Shown one piece after another: positions 19,545 to 28,966 of a stretch of 64,000 nt of DNA. The stretch is from a bacterium. Its GTDB lineage: Bacteria > Hinthialibacterota > Hinthialibacteria > Hinthialibacterales > Hinthialibacteraceae. The stretch is from NCBI GenBank assembly GCA_963662285.2, contig CAXXMV010000006.1:32001-96000 (forward strand), in the 5' to 3' direction. Position numbers and translations under genes: made by a program. Position 1 is the stretch's first letter, and every line of letters starts with the position of its first letter. Below the pieces are notes generated by a model that worked only from the letters and a program-made list of their open reading frames with translations, was not told the origin of the DNA and searched no databases.

Positions 19545-22265
19545 ATGGTACGCGATACTAATGCAAGAAATAATATTATTACGGTTTATGCAATTGTAGG
19601 CTTGGTGGTTTTGAGTATTGCGTTTGATAGAACAGGGCTATGCGAAGAGATTGATTTATGGGCTGGCGCCTCTAATGGCGTTCTTGATGCTTATGAGATA
19701 TTACAAACCTGCCCGGACGATATCACTGCTGTTCTTAATTCTGAGCGGGATTCATCGCTGGATTATGGGCGTTTGATGGTCAATGGCGTTTCTTTGCCTC
19801 CAATCGGATTATGTCTATACAACCAATCCGGTCTCTCGACCACTATATCTACTGGTATGCCTGAATGGGATGAATTTATTGAAGGACAGATTGATCTGGT
19901 TCATGAATCGGGTATGAACTACATAAGTTTGAATATGTTCAATCCAACTGCATACAACGGGCCGGCTTTTCCATCGGCTGAGGATTTGCTTGATGAACAT
20001 AATTGGAATTGGCGAATGCGTGACGCAATGCTGGATTACGCCGCTCAACAAGGCGTTTCTATTATAATGAAGATGAATGTTCATTCGTTCCCGCATTGGT
20101 GGATGGAGCAATACCCGGAAGAACAACAAACCGATCAATATGGAGACAAATGGGATGTGATTAGTTTTGGGAACGAAGAGTACCGTGAAATTATCGGGAA
20201 AATCATTCTTACCATAGTTGAGCGTTATCAGAATCATCCTGCGGTACTGGGTTGGGATGTGCGAGTTGGCAGCACATCAGAGAATAATTATGCTCCACCA
20301 TATACGGTTGATATTCTTAATCCACCAACAACGGTTTGCGATTATTCCGATGGCGCTTTAGCCCGGTTTCATGAGTGGCTGCGCAACCGCTATGAAACAG
20401 ACGCAGCATTACAGGCGGCGTGGGGTGATGAGAGCGTGACATTGGACGCAGCCGCCATGCCTGAGCCGCTGGAGGATTTAGAAACCAGTTCTCCTCTTGA
20501 TGTTATTCCATACATCAATACAGCTGGCGATTCCCGGCGTTCGTTTTATGATTGGACGAAATTCCGTTTGGAACAGAAGAACGCAGATGCATTCTACTTT
20601 GGCGCCTTGGTGCGCCAGCAGGACCCCAACCATATTGTCATCACTGATCCAGCCTTTGCTCCACTTCAATTAGTTGATTTCAAGTCAGGGCAGAACGACG
20701 GTTCACTCTATTATCAATCAGATGTTTTTGATGGAATCAATTTACATCCCAGAATCGGACACGAAGATGAATCCCGCAATTTTAATCAATCACGGTTTGG
20801 GCTATATAGTTTTAACAGATATACGCGGCATAACAATAAACTGGGCTTCTGGAGCATGGAAGAAACCAGCGAAATGATCAGTGATATTGATGAAGATAAT
20901 TTATGGAAACTGAAAAGCATAATGGCCATGAACGCCGCCACCGGGATAGGGCATGGCATGGTGAGCGGCAACGAAGACGCGGATGATGAAGATAAGATGC
21001 TGCCGGCGTGGTCCAGCGTGGAGTTTGATGAATTCAAAAAGTACCGCAGCATCTTTTCGGCGCCGAACCTGGCCCCGGGGCGTGCGGGTGTTGCGGTTTT
21101 AAGTGATGAAACTAATCAAGGATATTACTATTGGCTTTCGGGTAACCTCCGCCCCATGGGAGACCGGGTGACCTTTTTGGAATCGCTTTTCGATCAGGCG
21201 CTGGATTATGATGTTATAACTTCCGAAGAAATAATTGCCAATCCAGATGTAGTCGATCAGTTTCAGGCGGTAATGGCGATAGATCTTCCCCGTCTGCCGC
21301 TCGAAGCAGCCAATATATTAGCCGCTTACCGGGATGGCGGTGGCGGATTGTTTATCGGCGGTATGACTGGAATCTATGATATATATGGAAATCCCGACGC
21401 AAGTTCATTGGAGGCATTACTGGGCGCCTCGATCAGTGAGTTCAATCAAGACGCTGCTGCTATAAGCGCATGGGGATTTGATGGGGACGATCCATTACTG
21501 GATGATATGACTCTATCGAGAATCAACAATATGTACTATATCCCCAAATTCGATCTCGAAGCCAGCGGATATGAAGCGCTGGGGCATTTATTGAGCGATC
21601 CCGATGCAGCAACTGTTGGTCGAAAAGATAAAACTGTGTTCTGGTTTCCAAAGATTAGCATTGATAAGCCGGAAATCATTGATCCATTCCAGCAGAATCT
21701 CTGGGAATTATGGGGCGTTAGTCCTTTAGCAATCGCCGAAGACGGCGTTGAAGCGTGCGGAGGGAATTATCGATTTGTTTTTACCCGGAATACGGTCGAT
21801 GTGACTGTTCCATTTGAACCACAGGAAGCGGATGCCGGAACCTTAGTATGGGATTGGTTGTCTATGGCGCAGGTAGATATTATAGAAGCCGGAGAAACTG
21901 CTGAAGCGCATTTCACAACCAGCGAAAATGAAAGTTACTTCCTGGGATTCACTCCCATGACTCAAGAATTGCAATTGGTAGCCGCACAGGGAGCATATAT
22001 TGATCGAATAGAACGGAATGATAATAATAACCGATTGTCAGCAGCCCTATATAGAGCAACTCTACCGGATGAAATAACGGTAGTGGTTTATTCGGGCGAT
22101 CAAGATATTGAATCGGTGGGCGTGGTTGGGGGCGAGTTAATCGATTTGCAACTAAATGATACTGAAACGGCTTGGATTATTAGAGTGAGGCCGAGTAATA
22201 GCGTGTTGACAATTAATGCATATACTTTTGAATTAGTAAATGTGCAAGTTTGGGAGTTATACTGA
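19545..22265 (+). CDS. Secreted GH42-like (beta-galactosidase-like) glycoside hydrolase with C-terminal W-x-L-Y tail
   Basis: N-terminal hydrophobic leader; PHWWMEQYPE, ERYQNHPAVLGWDV, CDYS...FHEWLRNRY...LQAAWG; trimerization-type domain; ends VNVQVWELY. Confidence 0.75.
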   Translation: MVRDTNARNNIITVYAIVGLVVLSIAFDRTGLCEEIDLWAGASNGVLDAYEILQTCPDDITAVLNSERDSSLDYGRLMVNGVSLPPIGLCLYNQSGLSTTISTGMPEWDEFIEGQIDLVHESGMNYISLNMFNPTAYNGPAFPSAEDLLDEHNWNWRMRDAMLDYAAQQGVSIIMKMNVHSFPHWWMEQYPEEQQTDQYGDKWDVISFGNEEYREIIGKIILTIVERYQNHPAVLGWDVRVGSTSENNYAPPYTVDILNPPTTVCDYSDGALARFHEWLRNRYETDAALQAAWGDESVTLDAAAMPEPLEDLETSSPLDVIPYINTAGDSRRSFYDWTKFRLEQKNADAFYFGALVRQQDPNHIVITDPAFAPLQLVDFKSGQNDGSLYYQSDVFDGINLHPRIGHEDESRNFNQSRFGLYSFNRYTRHNNKLGFWSMEETSEMISDIDEDNLWKLKSIMAMNAATGIGHGMVSGNEDADDEDKMLPAWSSVEFDEFKKYRSIFSAPNLAPGRAGVAVLSDETNQGYYYWLSGNLRPMGDRVTFLESLFDQALDYDVITSEEIIANPDVVDQFQAVMAIDLPRLPLEAANILAAYRDGGGGLFIGGMTGIYDIYGNPDASSLEALLGASISEFNQDAAAISAWGFDGDDPLLDDMTLSRINNMYYIPKFDLEASGYEALGHLLSDPDAATVGRKDKTVFWFPKISIDKPEIIDPFQQNLWELWGVSPLAIAEDGVEACGGNYRFVFTRNTVDVTVPFEPQEADAGTLVWDWLSMAQVDIIEAGETAEAHFTTSENESYFLGFTPMTQELQLVAAQGAYIDRIERNDNNNRLSAALYRATLPDEITVVVYSGDQDIESVGVVGGELIDLQLNDTETAWIIRVRPSNSVLTINAYTFELVNVQVWELY

Positions 22266-22333
22266 TTAACAAAATGAGGGCGAGGAGATACACTCTTATA
22301 TAAGTATATAATATTCTTATTATCAGGAGAATT

Positions 22334-22900
22334 ATGTTGAACCGCGCTTTTACATTAATCGAACTACTCATCGTTGTAGCAATTATTGGAATCTTGGCAG
22401 CTATTGCCGTGCCGAATTTTTTGAATGCTCAGATCCGGGCTAAAATAGCGGGAACTCAGGCTGATATGCGAAACCTGGGTACGGCGATAGAGAGTTATCG
22501 TCTGGATAACAATAATCCACCACGAACCTACACGCTTGGTTGTTATACCGGGACATGTCAGGGAGTTCAGATGTCCCGTTATCAACGTTTAGCTCAACTT
22601 ACCACGCCGGTTTCATTTATGAGTTCGGTGCCTAAAGATAAGTTCAACCGCATTGAATTTGAAACTACTGATCCAGTTAATACCTATCCATATTGGGAGC
22701 CGCGATTCGCGGATACTTACCGTAATCCTAATCAGTTAGGAAGGCATTTCAAAGACCAGCAATCACCCAATAGGTTATGGGCCTTGATGAGTTATGGTCC
22801 TGATGGCGACTTCGAAGCAGCAGGCGGCGGCGATTTAGCGCCATTCGAAGTATCTAATGGATTAAACTCAAACGGAGATATTATGCGTTTTGGTTTGTAG
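22334..22900 (+). CDS. Prepilin-type N-terminal cleavage/methylation domain protein (pseudopilin-like)
   Basis: RAFTLIELLIVVAIIGILAAIAVPNF; C-terminal SYGPD...SNGLNSNGDI. Confidence 0.9.
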   Translation: MLNRAFTLIELLIVVAIIGILAAIAVPNFLNAQIRAKIAGTQADMRNLGTAIESYRLDNNNPPRTYTLGCYTGTCQGVQMSRYQRLAQLTTPVSFMSSVPKDKFNRIEFETTDPVNTYPYWEPRFADTYRNPNQLGRHFKDQQSPNRLWALMSYGPDGDFEAAGGGDLAPFEVSNGLNSNGDIMRFGL

Positions 22901-23372
22901 AGCGGTCATTAAACGATAAAAATGAACGAGCCAATGTTGATTTATTTTAATTGAATTAACATTGGCATCGGAAAAATCAAGCAGTAGTTTTTTATAAATT
23001 ATTACCATATTCGGGTAATATCCTTGCAATACTAATACTTGTTCTTGTTTCTCATTTGCTTTCGTCCGAAAGCAATCCCCCTGAAGTTCTGCTGTTTCAT
23101 GAGTGATATTAATCTTTGATCCTGCATGCTTGGGCATTTTTTTGAGGGAAAAAATGGAGTTTACATGGTTTTGGTTCATTAATTGCTTCGATTGTTGTAT
23201 TGATTATGGAAATAACATTGTTTTTTGTAATAAAATAGTGATTTTTTAGTAGAATTATTATAATGAGAAAGATTTAATCGTATTTATACGTATTTTGATA
23301 ATAGGAGTGATTTTCTATATTATGGGTATATATCTTATTTACAGTACATACTGTAATGAATTGAGTTGAGGT

Positions 23373-24311
23373 ATGAATAAATCGGACTTTGATTATGCGC
23401 AAGAGGGGATACGGCAGGCTCTTGTGCAACAATATGTTAAGGATAATCCTGGAATTCGTGAACGGGATGTGGTTATCGCATGTAAAAACGGGAAACTTTT
23501 TTTTACGGATATAACTTCATTTCTAGCGGATGACGAATTGAAGAATAAATCCGGCACAAATATTCTTCAAGCCAATAGGATGTTCGAGTCTCTGCCTGTT
23601 CATAATGATGAGAATTGGCAGGATTCTATTGAATCAGTCAGCAATTCCAGGCAGATTATAGATTGCCTACATTCTTCACCTTTTTGTGTTTTTACCGATA
23701 TTGAAAGGATTGACCATCTTAATTCTATCAAGAATTTAGAAAGTCTTTGCGCCGCAAAAACAGTCCATTACAACGATATTTCCAAGAAAATGTCGGCTTT
23801 GAAAGAAGATGGTATATCTCTAGTTACTTCACGGGCTAGAGTGGTTATCCTCGATTATCTGTATGCCGTCATTGATCAGTTAAAAACTTTGCTTACAATT
23901 TTTAACTATGAAGTTAAAATCGGCAATCTGTTTCTTAAACAATCGAGCAAGTTTCTCGATATGAATCTTAAAGATAACCATGGTGACCCCGCATCGTTCG
24001 ATTTAAGTCAGATCAATAACATTAATAAAACGATGAGCGGCAATAACAGGCTTTCGATAGATGATTCGCTTTCTTTTAATGAAAATATATTGATTGAGAC
24101 CAGAAAAACTCTCCTTAAAACGTTACAAAGTATGAAAAAGAAACTGGCGCAAAGGCGCATGAAAATTCAAGAAATTTGGGCGGATATCAGCGCCTTGCAA
24201 CAACCGATAGAGGAACTTAAAAATAATTATTCAGATTGCCGTATTATTATCAATAACCTTAAGGAGCAAGATTCTAAAAATAGAATGGCCCGTTTTAAGA
24301 GAAGGCCTTAA
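23373..24311 (+). CDS. Hypothetical protein with probable C-terminal coiled coil
   Basis: 312-aa ORF with GAGGT RBS; no motif recognised. Confidence 0.65.
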   Translation: MNKSDFDYAQEGIRQALVQQYVKDNPGIRERDVVIACKNGKLFFTDITSFLADDELKNKSGTNILQANRMFESLPVHNDENWQDSIESVSNSRQIIDCLHSSPFCVFTDIERIDHLNSIKNLESLCAAKTVHYNDISKKMSALKEDGISLVTSRARVVILDYLYAVIDQLKTLLTIFNYEVKIGNLFLKQSSKFLDMNLKDNHGDPASFDLSQINNINKTMSGNNRLSIDDSLSFNENILIETRKTLLKTLQSMKKKLAQRRMKIQEIWADISALQQPIEELKNNYSDCRIIINNLKEQDSKNRMARFKRRP

Positions 24312-24399
24312 CCGTTGTTTATGACAATCAACTTATTCCATTAGTTTTATTCCCCTATTAAAGTAATAATATCTTTCATCTCACCGGCGTGCTTTTTTT

Positions 24400-25170
24400 A
24401 TGATGCGAAATAACATAATGGATTCTGGTGAAAACAATATGCATCTCTCTGATTATGATGTTGTACTTGTGCGTCCGTCGATTGCCGAAAATGTCGGTTT
24501 GACAGCGCGGAGTATGAAGGCCTTTGGATTTAAATCATTAGTGTTGACATCGCCTGGTTTTGACTGGAATCCTGGTAGTCCTGCATATAAAACCGCCTGT
24601 GGTTCCGCCGATATTCTCTCTGGCGCCCGCGTCGTGGATTCGTTGGAAAATGCCGTCGCTCATTCTCATCGGGTGATCGGTTTCTCCAGGCGTAAACATG
24701 ATTTTGACCGTCCTCATATTGATCTAGTTTCATGGGCTGAAGAATTTAAGCGCCATGAAGCATCAAAACATATTTCTCTGGTTTTTGGTCCGGAAGATTT
24801 CGGGCTTTCCAATGAGGATAAGCATCACTGCGATTTGCTGGTCAATATTCCACTGCAAGAAAAAACGATGAGTTTGAATCTGGCGCAGGCGGTTACGGTT
24901 GTTTTGTATGAATTATCCCGTCATTGCTCTGATTTACCCGGTTCAACCACATCACCAGAATTATTCGCCGATCATGCGGATATTCAAAGGGTGGTTGCGC
25001 GGCTTACCCAATTGCTGGATGATACTTCATTTTTTAAACAAGGCCGGAGGGAGCGCCAGATCGAGACGCTGCGTAATATGGTGCAGCGCGTGCAGCTGAC
25101 CGCTTTGGAATATGATGTGGTAATGGGCGTGTTGACTGCATTGCAGAAGGATCATGACTGTAGTGGTTAA
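24400..25170 (+). CDS. SPOUT RNA methyltransferase, TrmJ/LasT family
   Basis: VVLVRP..ENVGLTARSMKAFG, LVFGPEDFGLSNE, SLNLAQAV; true start may be near 24439. Confidence 0.88.
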   Translation: MMRNNIMDSGENNMHLSDYDVVLVRPSIAENVGLTARSMKAFGFKSLVLTSPGFDWNPGSPAYKTACGSADILSGARVVDSLENAVAHSHRVIGFSRRKHDFDRPHIDLVSWAEEFKRHEASKHISLVFGPEDFGLSNEDKHHCDLLVNIPLQEKTMSLNLAQAVTVVLYELSRHCSDLPGSTTSPELFADHADIQRVVARLTQLLDDTSFFKQGRRERQIETLRNMVQRVQLTALEYDVVMGVLTALQKDHDCSG

Positions 25171-25357
25171 TAAAAGTTAATCATCTAGCGTTAAAGTCTG
25201 TCCATGAAACAATCGTATGAATAAATCTAGCTTCCCCATCTTTACTTGGAAATCCTTTATATATTAAATTATAGTAGACCATCCAACAGTGTTTGGCGAA
25301 ATACTTGTGGGTAAGTTGGATGGTATGCCTTCTCAAATAATAATAGAGGAAAGTCCA

Positions 25358-27124
25358 ATGGGTTTTGACGCCTGGTTAACGCTTGCCGTTGTCATTTTTA
25401 TTATAGGAATTCTAATTTTTACGCGTATCGCTCCGGATGTGCTGCTGATCGGCGGCGTGGTGATACTGCTTCTGTTTAATGTACTGACTCCCAAGCAAGC
25501 GCTGATCGGAATGTCCAATCAGGGGATGATAACGGTTGGCGTTTTATATGTAGTAGTGGCGGGAATGATCGAAACCGGGGGGATCAGCTGGATCATTGAG
25601 CGGTTGCTTGGCAAGCCGAAATCTGTGCGTAATGCGCAGGTTAAAATGATGCCGCCAGTCATGGTCTTGAGTTCATTCCTGAATAACACGCCGGTGGTGG
25701 CCATGTTGATTCCCGCAGTTAAAGAATGGGCCAAACTGTTCAGGCTGCCGGTTTCACAGTTGATGATACCGTTGAGTTACGCCTCGATATTTGGAGGGGT
25801 TTGCACGCTTATCGGGACCAGCACCAACCTGGTTATTTATGGTTTGCTGATCGATAACGGCATGCGTACGATGGGCATGTTTGACATCACATGGGTTGGT
25901 TTGCCCGCAGGCGTCATTGCCTTTATTTATATTCTTGTTATGGGAAAATATCTGTTGCCCGACCGGCAGCCGGCTATCAGCGCTTATGATGACGCCCGTG
26001 AATATACTGTGGAAATGATTGTAGAAAAGGACAGCCCATTGGAAGGGAAGAGCATCGAAGAGGCTCGACTGCGTAACCTGCCCGGAACTTTTTTAATGGA
26101 AATTGACCGGGATGGAGATATTCTTGCGGTCGTCTCTCCCCAGGAAAAAATTCATGGCGGCGACCGTTTGGTTTTTTGCGGAATTGTTGAATCGGTGGTT
26201 GATCTGCAAAAGATTCGCGGATTGAAGCCAGCCACCGATCAGGTCTTTAAGCTTGATGCGCCGCGTTCGACGCGTTGTTTGATTGAAGCTGTTGTTTCTG
26301 ATTCTTGTAGTTTAATAGGAAAAACCATTCGCGATGGAGGTTTTCGTTCCCGCTACAACGCAGTCGTTATCGCTGTGGCGCGGAACGGCGCCAGGATCAA
26401 AAAAAAGATTGGTGATATTGTCTTGAATCAAGGTGATACTCTGTTGTTGGAAACTAACCCCGCCTTTTTTCAACAGCAGCGTAATTCGAGGGATTTCTAT
26501 CTAATCAGCAAAGTGGATGATTCAACTCCGATGAGACATGACCGTTCTCTTATCGCATCGTTTATACTTATTGCAATGGTGGTCTGCGCGGCGGTTGGAT
26601 TGTTGAGCATGCTCAAAGCTGCGATGTTGGCGGCTGGATTAATGCTCATAACAAGGTGTTGCAGCGTTAACGCCGCGAGGCGCAGCGTGGATTGGAATGT
26701 GCTTTTGGTTATCGCCGCTTCGTTTGGTATTGGCAACGCTTTGCAAGTTACCGGTTTGGCTGAAACTATCGCCGGGAATCTCATATCCCTGGGTGGAGGC
26801 AATCCCTGGATCAGTCTGGCGATTGTGTATTTCGTCACTACTGCCTTCACTGAATTAATCACCAACAACGCCGCCGCCGTTTTGATATTCCCCATTGCTT
26901 TAGAGACCGCTAAGGGTTTGGGGGTTGATATTATGCCTTTCGCTGTAACCATAATGATCGCCGCTTCAGCCAGTTTCGCCACGCCGATAGGTTATCAGAC
27001 CAACCTGATGGTCTATGGTCCGGGTGGATACCGTTTTTCCGATTATCTGAAAATCGGGCTGCCGCTTAATGTAGTTTACGGCATAACCACGGTTATTTTG
27101 ACTCCGCTGGTTTGGCGATTTTAG
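25358..27124 (+). CDS. SLC13/DASS-type permease with two TrkA-C domains
   Basis: SSFLNNTPVV, GGVCTLIGTSTNL, ITNNAAA, FATPIGYQTNLMV; GAGGA RBS before ATG 25358. Confidence 0.9.
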   Translation: MGFDAWLTLAVVIFIIGILIFTRIAPDVLLIGGVVILLLFNVLTPKQALIGMSNQGMITVGVLYVVVAGMIETGGISWIIERLLGKPKSVRNAQVKMMPPVMVLSSFLNNTPVVAMLIPAVKEWAKLFRLPVSQLMIPLSYASIFGGVCTLIGTSTNLVIYGLLIDNGMRTMGMFDITWVGLPAGVIAFIYILVMGKYLLPDRQPAISAYDDAREYTVEMIVEKDSPLEGKSIEEARLRNLPGTFLMEIDRDGDILAVVSPQEKIHGGDRLVFCGIVESVVDLQKIRGLKPATDQVFKLDAPRSTRCLIEAVVSDSCSLIGKTIRDGGFRSRYNAVVIAVARNGARIKKKIGDIVLNQGDTLLLETNPAFFQQQRNSRDFYLISKVDDSTPMRHDRSLIASFILIAMVVCAAVGLLSMLKAAMLAAGLMLITRCCSVNAARRSVDWNVLLVIAASFGIGNALQVTGLAETIAGNLISLGGGNPWISLAIVYFVTTAFTELITNNAAAVLIFPIALETAKGLGVDIMPFAVTIMIAASASFATPIGYQTNLMVYGPGGYRFSDYLKIGLPLNVVYGITTVILTPLVWRF

Positions 27125-27141
27125 TGACCATTCATATATGC

Positions 27142-27753
27142 TTATGGCAGCGTGTGGGTTTCCAGATTTTCGCTGCCGCTTCCGGCCAGGATGGATAGGT
27201 CTTTGGTAAGGAATCCCTCTTTTTCTGATGCGATGATGTCGCCGGACGAGGTGGTTCCATTGCTGGGATCGTAGGGCCGCATAGGATACCCCTGCCGCGT
27301 TTTGTCCGGCCCCCAGCCCCATATCCACCAGCTGCCGTGGTATTGATCTTTGCCGGTTCCTTCTTTTTGGGCTACGTAAAGATACCATCCCACTAACAGT
27401 CCGTCGCCCCGGTTGTCGCCCAGGTTCACTCCGGGGATATCGATGAATGGGTCGAAGGGAATCGAACTTATATAGGCAACGGGTGATGTTATGGGCGAGA
27501 TGTTATAAGTCGCGTTCAATTGTTCTTCGGGGCATAAACCACAGGGCCACCCCGGTTGACGAAACGGCGGGCTGTTATGATCTATGCGATACATATCAAC
27601 TGCTTGGGCTAGAGTGCGGACATCGGCCATAGTACGGCTGATCAATGCGCGTAACCGGGCATTGATAAAATTGGGAACGGCGATGGCGGCGAGTATCCCG
27701 ATGATGGCGACGACGATCAACAATTCAATTAGCGTGAAACCTTTGCGTTTCAT
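27142..27753 (-). CDS. Prepilin-type N-terminal cleavage/methylation domain protein (pseudopilin-like)
   Basis: MKRKGFTLIELLIVVAIIGILAAIAVPNF; GWGPD...YDPSNGTTSSGDI. Confidence 0.9.
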   Translation of the reverse strand: MKRKGFTLIELLIVVAIIGILAAIAVPNFINARLRALISRTMADVRTLAQAVDMYRIDHNSPPFRQPGWPCGLCPEEQLNATYNISPITSPVAYISSIPFDPFIDIPGVNLGDNRGDGLLVGWYLYVAQKEGTGKDQYHGSWWIWGWGPDKTRQGYPMRPYDPSNGTTSSGDIIASEKEGFLTKDLSILAGSGSENLETHTLP

Positions 27754-27925
27754 GAGAAATATCTCCCATTGGATTAATGCGAATGTGAACTGAATAATGA
27801 GAATCGCTCTACAAAATATCAGATAGGCCTTGGTTTGTATATATAACTTTTCAAGAATGAAGCAAAAAGGGAGTATAGAAAACATTAATCCCATACTCCC
27901 TGGATAAAACTAATTGAAACTACCC

Positions 27926-28690
27926 TTACTTGATATCAATCGGCGTTAACTTGATATTGCGGTATGCGACAGGGCCGTGATCGCCTTGCAGCATCAATGG
28001 CGCTTTGGGCGCTGGTTTTTGCTGGCTGTTAAAAGCGCGGGTTGGTCCGGGTAATTCGAAATTCTGGTGCACTATCACGCCGTTATGAACCACCAGGACG
28101 AAACGGGGTTTCTCTACCATCTTGCCGTCCTTAAATCTTGGAGCGCGGAAAGTGATATCAAAACTCTGCCACTCGCCCGGCGCTTTGCTGGCGTTCACAA
28201 AAGGCGCTTCGCCCTGATCGACGGCTTTATCATTTTTCTCATCCCAGCGCTGGTAGATGCCGCCGCAGTCGGAATGTTTCACTTTATCGATTCCATAACT
28301 ATCAAAAACCTGAATCTCATATAGCGATTGCAGATACACGCCGGAATTGGAGCCTTGAGGGACGACGAATTCAATATGCAACTGGCAGTCGCCGTGTTCA
28401 AATTTACTGAGGATATTGGTGGTTTTTCCATCATCGCCGTTCACCATAATGCCTTTGCCTTTGGTGACGTCAAAAAACTTGGGATCCCTGGCGCTTTTAG
28501 CCACGTCTTTAGCGATGAACCATTTATTACCTTCACGCAATCCTACCCAGTCAGACATATCTTCACCATTAAACAGTTCAACCGGACCATTGGCCGCGCA
28601 ACAATCTGAAGTGAACATGGGAGACGCCGCAATCAACAGTGCGATTCCTAAAACTATTCCAATACTATAATTGCTATTAATCCTACGCAT
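27926..28690 (-). CDS. DUF1080 (3-keto-disaccharide hydrolase) family exported protein
   Basis: LFNGEDMSDW, NSGVYLQSLYEIQVFDS, GEWQSFDI, LQGDHGPVAYRNI. Confidence 0.88.
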   Translation of the reverse strand: MRRINSNYSIGIVLGIALLIAASPMFTSDCCAANGPVELFNGEDMSDWVGLREGNKWFIAKDVAKSARDPKFFDVTKGKGIMVNGDDGKTTNILSKFEHGDCQLHIEFVVPQGSNSGVYLQSLYEIQVFDSYGIDKVKHSDCGGIYQRWDEKNDKAVDQGEAPFVNASKAPGEWQSFDITFRAPRFKDGKMVEKPRFVLVVHNGVIVHQNFELPGPTRAFNSQQKPAPKAPLMLQGDHGPVAYRNIKLTPIDIK

Positions 28691-28966
28691 AATTTTACCT
28701 TTCGTATTTCAAAGATTATCCAAATTAAGTATTTATCCTAACAGAATCGGGCGGGGCTGTCATTCTGTGTGATGGGTTTTTATGAGTATATCAAAAATTC
28801 TCTTATAATTGGGTTATCTGCTACAAATATATATACTTATTAATTAGTATATATATTTGCGACTTTTTAACTTTTGTAATTATTTTTTATAACTATTTGT
28901 TGCCTTGTGATTAATGTTATGGTATAAATATGATTAACTAAAAAAAATGATTATTACTATAAAACA

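Noticed and set aside
23339-23356. LexA SOS box
   Set aside because: Half-sites are ACAG-N6-CTGT, the reverse order and wrong spacing for CTGT-N8-ACAG.
27754-27894. N-terminal extension of the prepilin ORF
   Set aside because: The class III signal MKRKG-FTLIE with a GGAG RBS places the start at 27753.
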